DNA of 64,000 nucleotides from Sphingomonas sp. (GTDB lineage Bacteria; Pseudomonadota; Alphaproteobacteria; Sphingomonadales; Sphingomonadaceae): NCBI GenBank assembly GCA_021732445.1, contig JAKFUZ010000022.1, positions 2,218 to 66,217 of the forward strand, read 5' to 3'. Shown piece by piece: positions 62,628 to 64,000 of this stretch (position 1 is its first letter; each line of letters starts with the position of its first letter). The notes under the pieces were generated by a model. It saw only the letters and a program-made list of their open reading frames with translations, ran no database searches and was not told where the DNA came from. The position numbers and the translations under genes were made by a program.

Positions 62628-63524
62628 TTGATCAATAATCGTCAGGCCGGTCGCCGTCGCGGCCGCGGTGGTCAACGCCCGCAGGGTGGCAACCCGGGGC
62701 GCGGGGCCGAAAACGGCAATCGCATCGACAATCGCGCGCGGGGTAACGCTGCGCAGTTGCTTGAAAAATACAGGACGCTCGCCCGCGATTCGCAAATGCA
62801 GGGGGACCGCGTAAACACCGAATATTACCTGCAATTTGCCGATCATTATTTCCGGGTGCTCGCGGAAACGCGCTCGCGCTTTGAGGAAAATCAGCAGCCA
62901 CGCCGCGGCCGCGACGACCAGTTTGACGGCGATGGCGACGAAGATTTCGACGGCGATGCCGATAGCGCCGACGATGGCGGCCTAAATTTTCTGCACGACC
63001 GCGGGCAAGACACCCGCGGGCAAGACAACCGTGACAACGGTAATCGCGACAACGGTAATCGCGACAACGGCAACCGCGACAACGCCCGCGCGTCAAATCG
63101 CGACGGTTCGCGGGACGGTAATCGCCCGCCAAGGGATGCCATGAACGGCAACCGCGCTGTCCCCCCGCGCGAGGATCGGCAAATGCGCCCGATCTATGAT
63201 GCGGCGGTGCCTGCTGACGGGGCAAATGGCGCGGTGAGCGATAGCGGCAAGGCGCACGCCAATGAACGCGCCAATGAACGCGCCGGTGCCGCCGCGGATG
63301 AGGCGCCTGCGCGCGCGCGCCGTGGCCGCCCTCGCCGCGAGGCATCACCGGCGCCTGACGAGGGGCGCGACGGCGACATGATTTTGCTTGATGCCGATCG
63401 CCTGCCCCCCTCGCTTGGCATTTCGGCCGTGCCGTCCGATGGCGAGCCTGCTGAAAAGCCGCGCCGCCGCCGCAAAGCGCTGGCAACAGAACCGAGCACC
63501 ACAGAGTCAAGTTCTGCCAGTTGA
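62628..63524 (+). CDS. DUF4167 domain protein with Arg/Asp/Asn/Gly-rich low-complexity tail
   Basis: TTG 62628 (gaggaca SD) gives (M)INNRQAGRRRGRGGQRPQGG...ARGNAAQLLEKYRTLARDSQMQGDRVNTEYYLQFADHYFRVL, the conserved DUF4167 N-terminus as I recall it. The upstream 43 codons of ORF 62499 look non-coding. Confidence 0.8.
   Translation: MINNRQAGRRRGRGGQRPQGGNPGRGAENGNRIDNRARGNAAQLLEKYRTLARDSQMQGDRVNTEYYLQFADHYFRVLAETRSRFEENQQPRRGRDDQFDGDGDEDFDGDADSADDGGLNFLHDRGQDTRGQDNRDNGNRDNGNRDNGNRDNARASNRDGSRDGNRPPRDAMNGNRAVPPREDRQMRPIYDAAVPADGANGAVSDSGKAHANERANERAGAAADEAPARARRGRPRREASPAPDEGRDGDMILLDADRLPPSLGISAVPSDGEPAEKPRRRRKALATEPSTTESSSAS
63025..63084 (+). repeat. 15-bp in-frame tandem repeat (GACAACGGTAATCGC x ~3.5) encoding (DNGNR)n
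   Basis: gacaaccgt gacaacggtaatcgc gacaacggtaatcgc gacaacggcaaccgc gacaac was read directly. Protein DNRDNGNRDNGNRDNGNRDN. Confidence 0.85.
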
Positions 63525-63603
63525 GCGTTTTCGGCGCTGCGGGCGCCGCGATGCAGTCCCTGCTGGCGATTGCGGCACCGCATCGCTACGATGCGGGGAC
63601 GGC

Positions 63604-64000
63604 ATGAGGAGCAGGCAGATGCGGTGCGCGGGATTGGCGATGGTGGCAGCAATGGCGCTGCCGGGGGCGGTGGGCGCACAATCCTCTCCGGTAACCGGGG
63701 GCACAAGCGCGCAGGGTGACGTCGCCGTCACCATCTATTCCAACGATGTCGCGCTCGTTCAGGACACACGGTCGCTGGCGTTGCCCAAGGGCGTGTCGCG
63801 GCAGGATTTTCCTGATGTGTCGACCAATATCCGCCCCGAGACGGTGCGGCTGAGCGTCGCTGGCGCCGACATTGTCGAGCAAAATTATGACTATGACCTG
63901 CTGTCGCCGCGCGCGCTGATGGAAAAGGCGGTCGGGCAGACGATTACGCTGGTGCGCACCAACCCGGCGACCGGCGCGGAGTCGCGCGAGGCGGCCAGGG
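63604..64000 (+). CDS. exported hypothetical protein (DUF4139-like), 5' part only, runs off the right edge
   Basis: Not in the ORF track (no stop in the window). MRSRQMRCAGLAMVAAMALPGAVGA|QSSP...DVAVTIYSNDVALVQDTRSLALPKGVSRQDFPDVSTNIRPETVRL.... The family assignment is from memory of that N-terminal pattern. Confidence 0.55.
   Translation, partial: MRSRQMRCAGLAMVAAMALPGAVGAQSSPVTGGTSAQGDVAVTIYSNDVALVQDTRSLALPKGVSRQDFPDVSTNIRPETVRLSVAGADIVEQNYDYDLLSPRALMEKAVGQTITLVRTNPATGAESREAAR

Noticed and set aside
1-64000. Scan for tRNA/rRNA genes, CRISPR arrays, IS elements, integrases and phage genes
   Set aside because: By eye I saw no cloverleaf-like G/C stems with a T-loop GTTCGAATC-type box, no regularly spaced direct repeats, and no transposase, integrase or recombinase-like ORF in any frame. 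A proper tRNAscan, Infernal or ISfinder run would be needed to be definitive.

Overview
This is a 64-kb, high-G+C chromosomal segment (about two-thirds G+C by eye). Gene content and order look alphaproteobacterial, most plausibly Sphingomonadales: three TonB-dependent receptors, GapR/DUF2312, DUF4167, DUF1244, ybgC-tolQRAB-pal, ruvCAB and hisS-prfA-prmC. I call about 60 protein genes, one ribosomal protein gene missing from the ORF track (rpmJ) and one decayed acylase pseudogene. I saw no tRNA, rRNA, CRISPR array, transposase or integrase. Layout: (1) 0.7-13.1 kb is a TonB-dependent beta-glucan utilisation locus (2 TBDRs, GH16, GH3, LacI-family regulator, MFS) with lac-operator-like palindromes in front of the second receptor. 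(2) 13.1-16.5 kb is the only clearly accessory stretch and my best candidate for an undescribed system. It holds four cysteine-free ORFs of unknown function. Two of them are preceded by the same ~49-nt A/T-rich element. The last carries a WGDPH autocleavage signature (DUF1521/MIIA-like, also reminiscent of VWD/RGM), otherwise known from type III-secreted rhizobial effectors. (3) 16.5-28.3 kb holds clpB, a third TBDR, an acylase remnant beside a strongly A/T-rich island, and secreted M16 and S15 peptidases. (4) 28.3-64 kb holds core metabolism and maintenance genes (purEK, gpmA, pyk, ruvCAB, tol-pal, ispG, ppa, hisS, prfA, prmC) interspersed with small conserved-unknown genes, including an SPFH/RHH/membrane-protein operon. 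All functional calls rest on motifs read in the translations plus family knowledge from memory. No database search or program was run. Most start codons were re-picked by hand from signal peptides, Shine-Dalgarno sequences and family N-termini.
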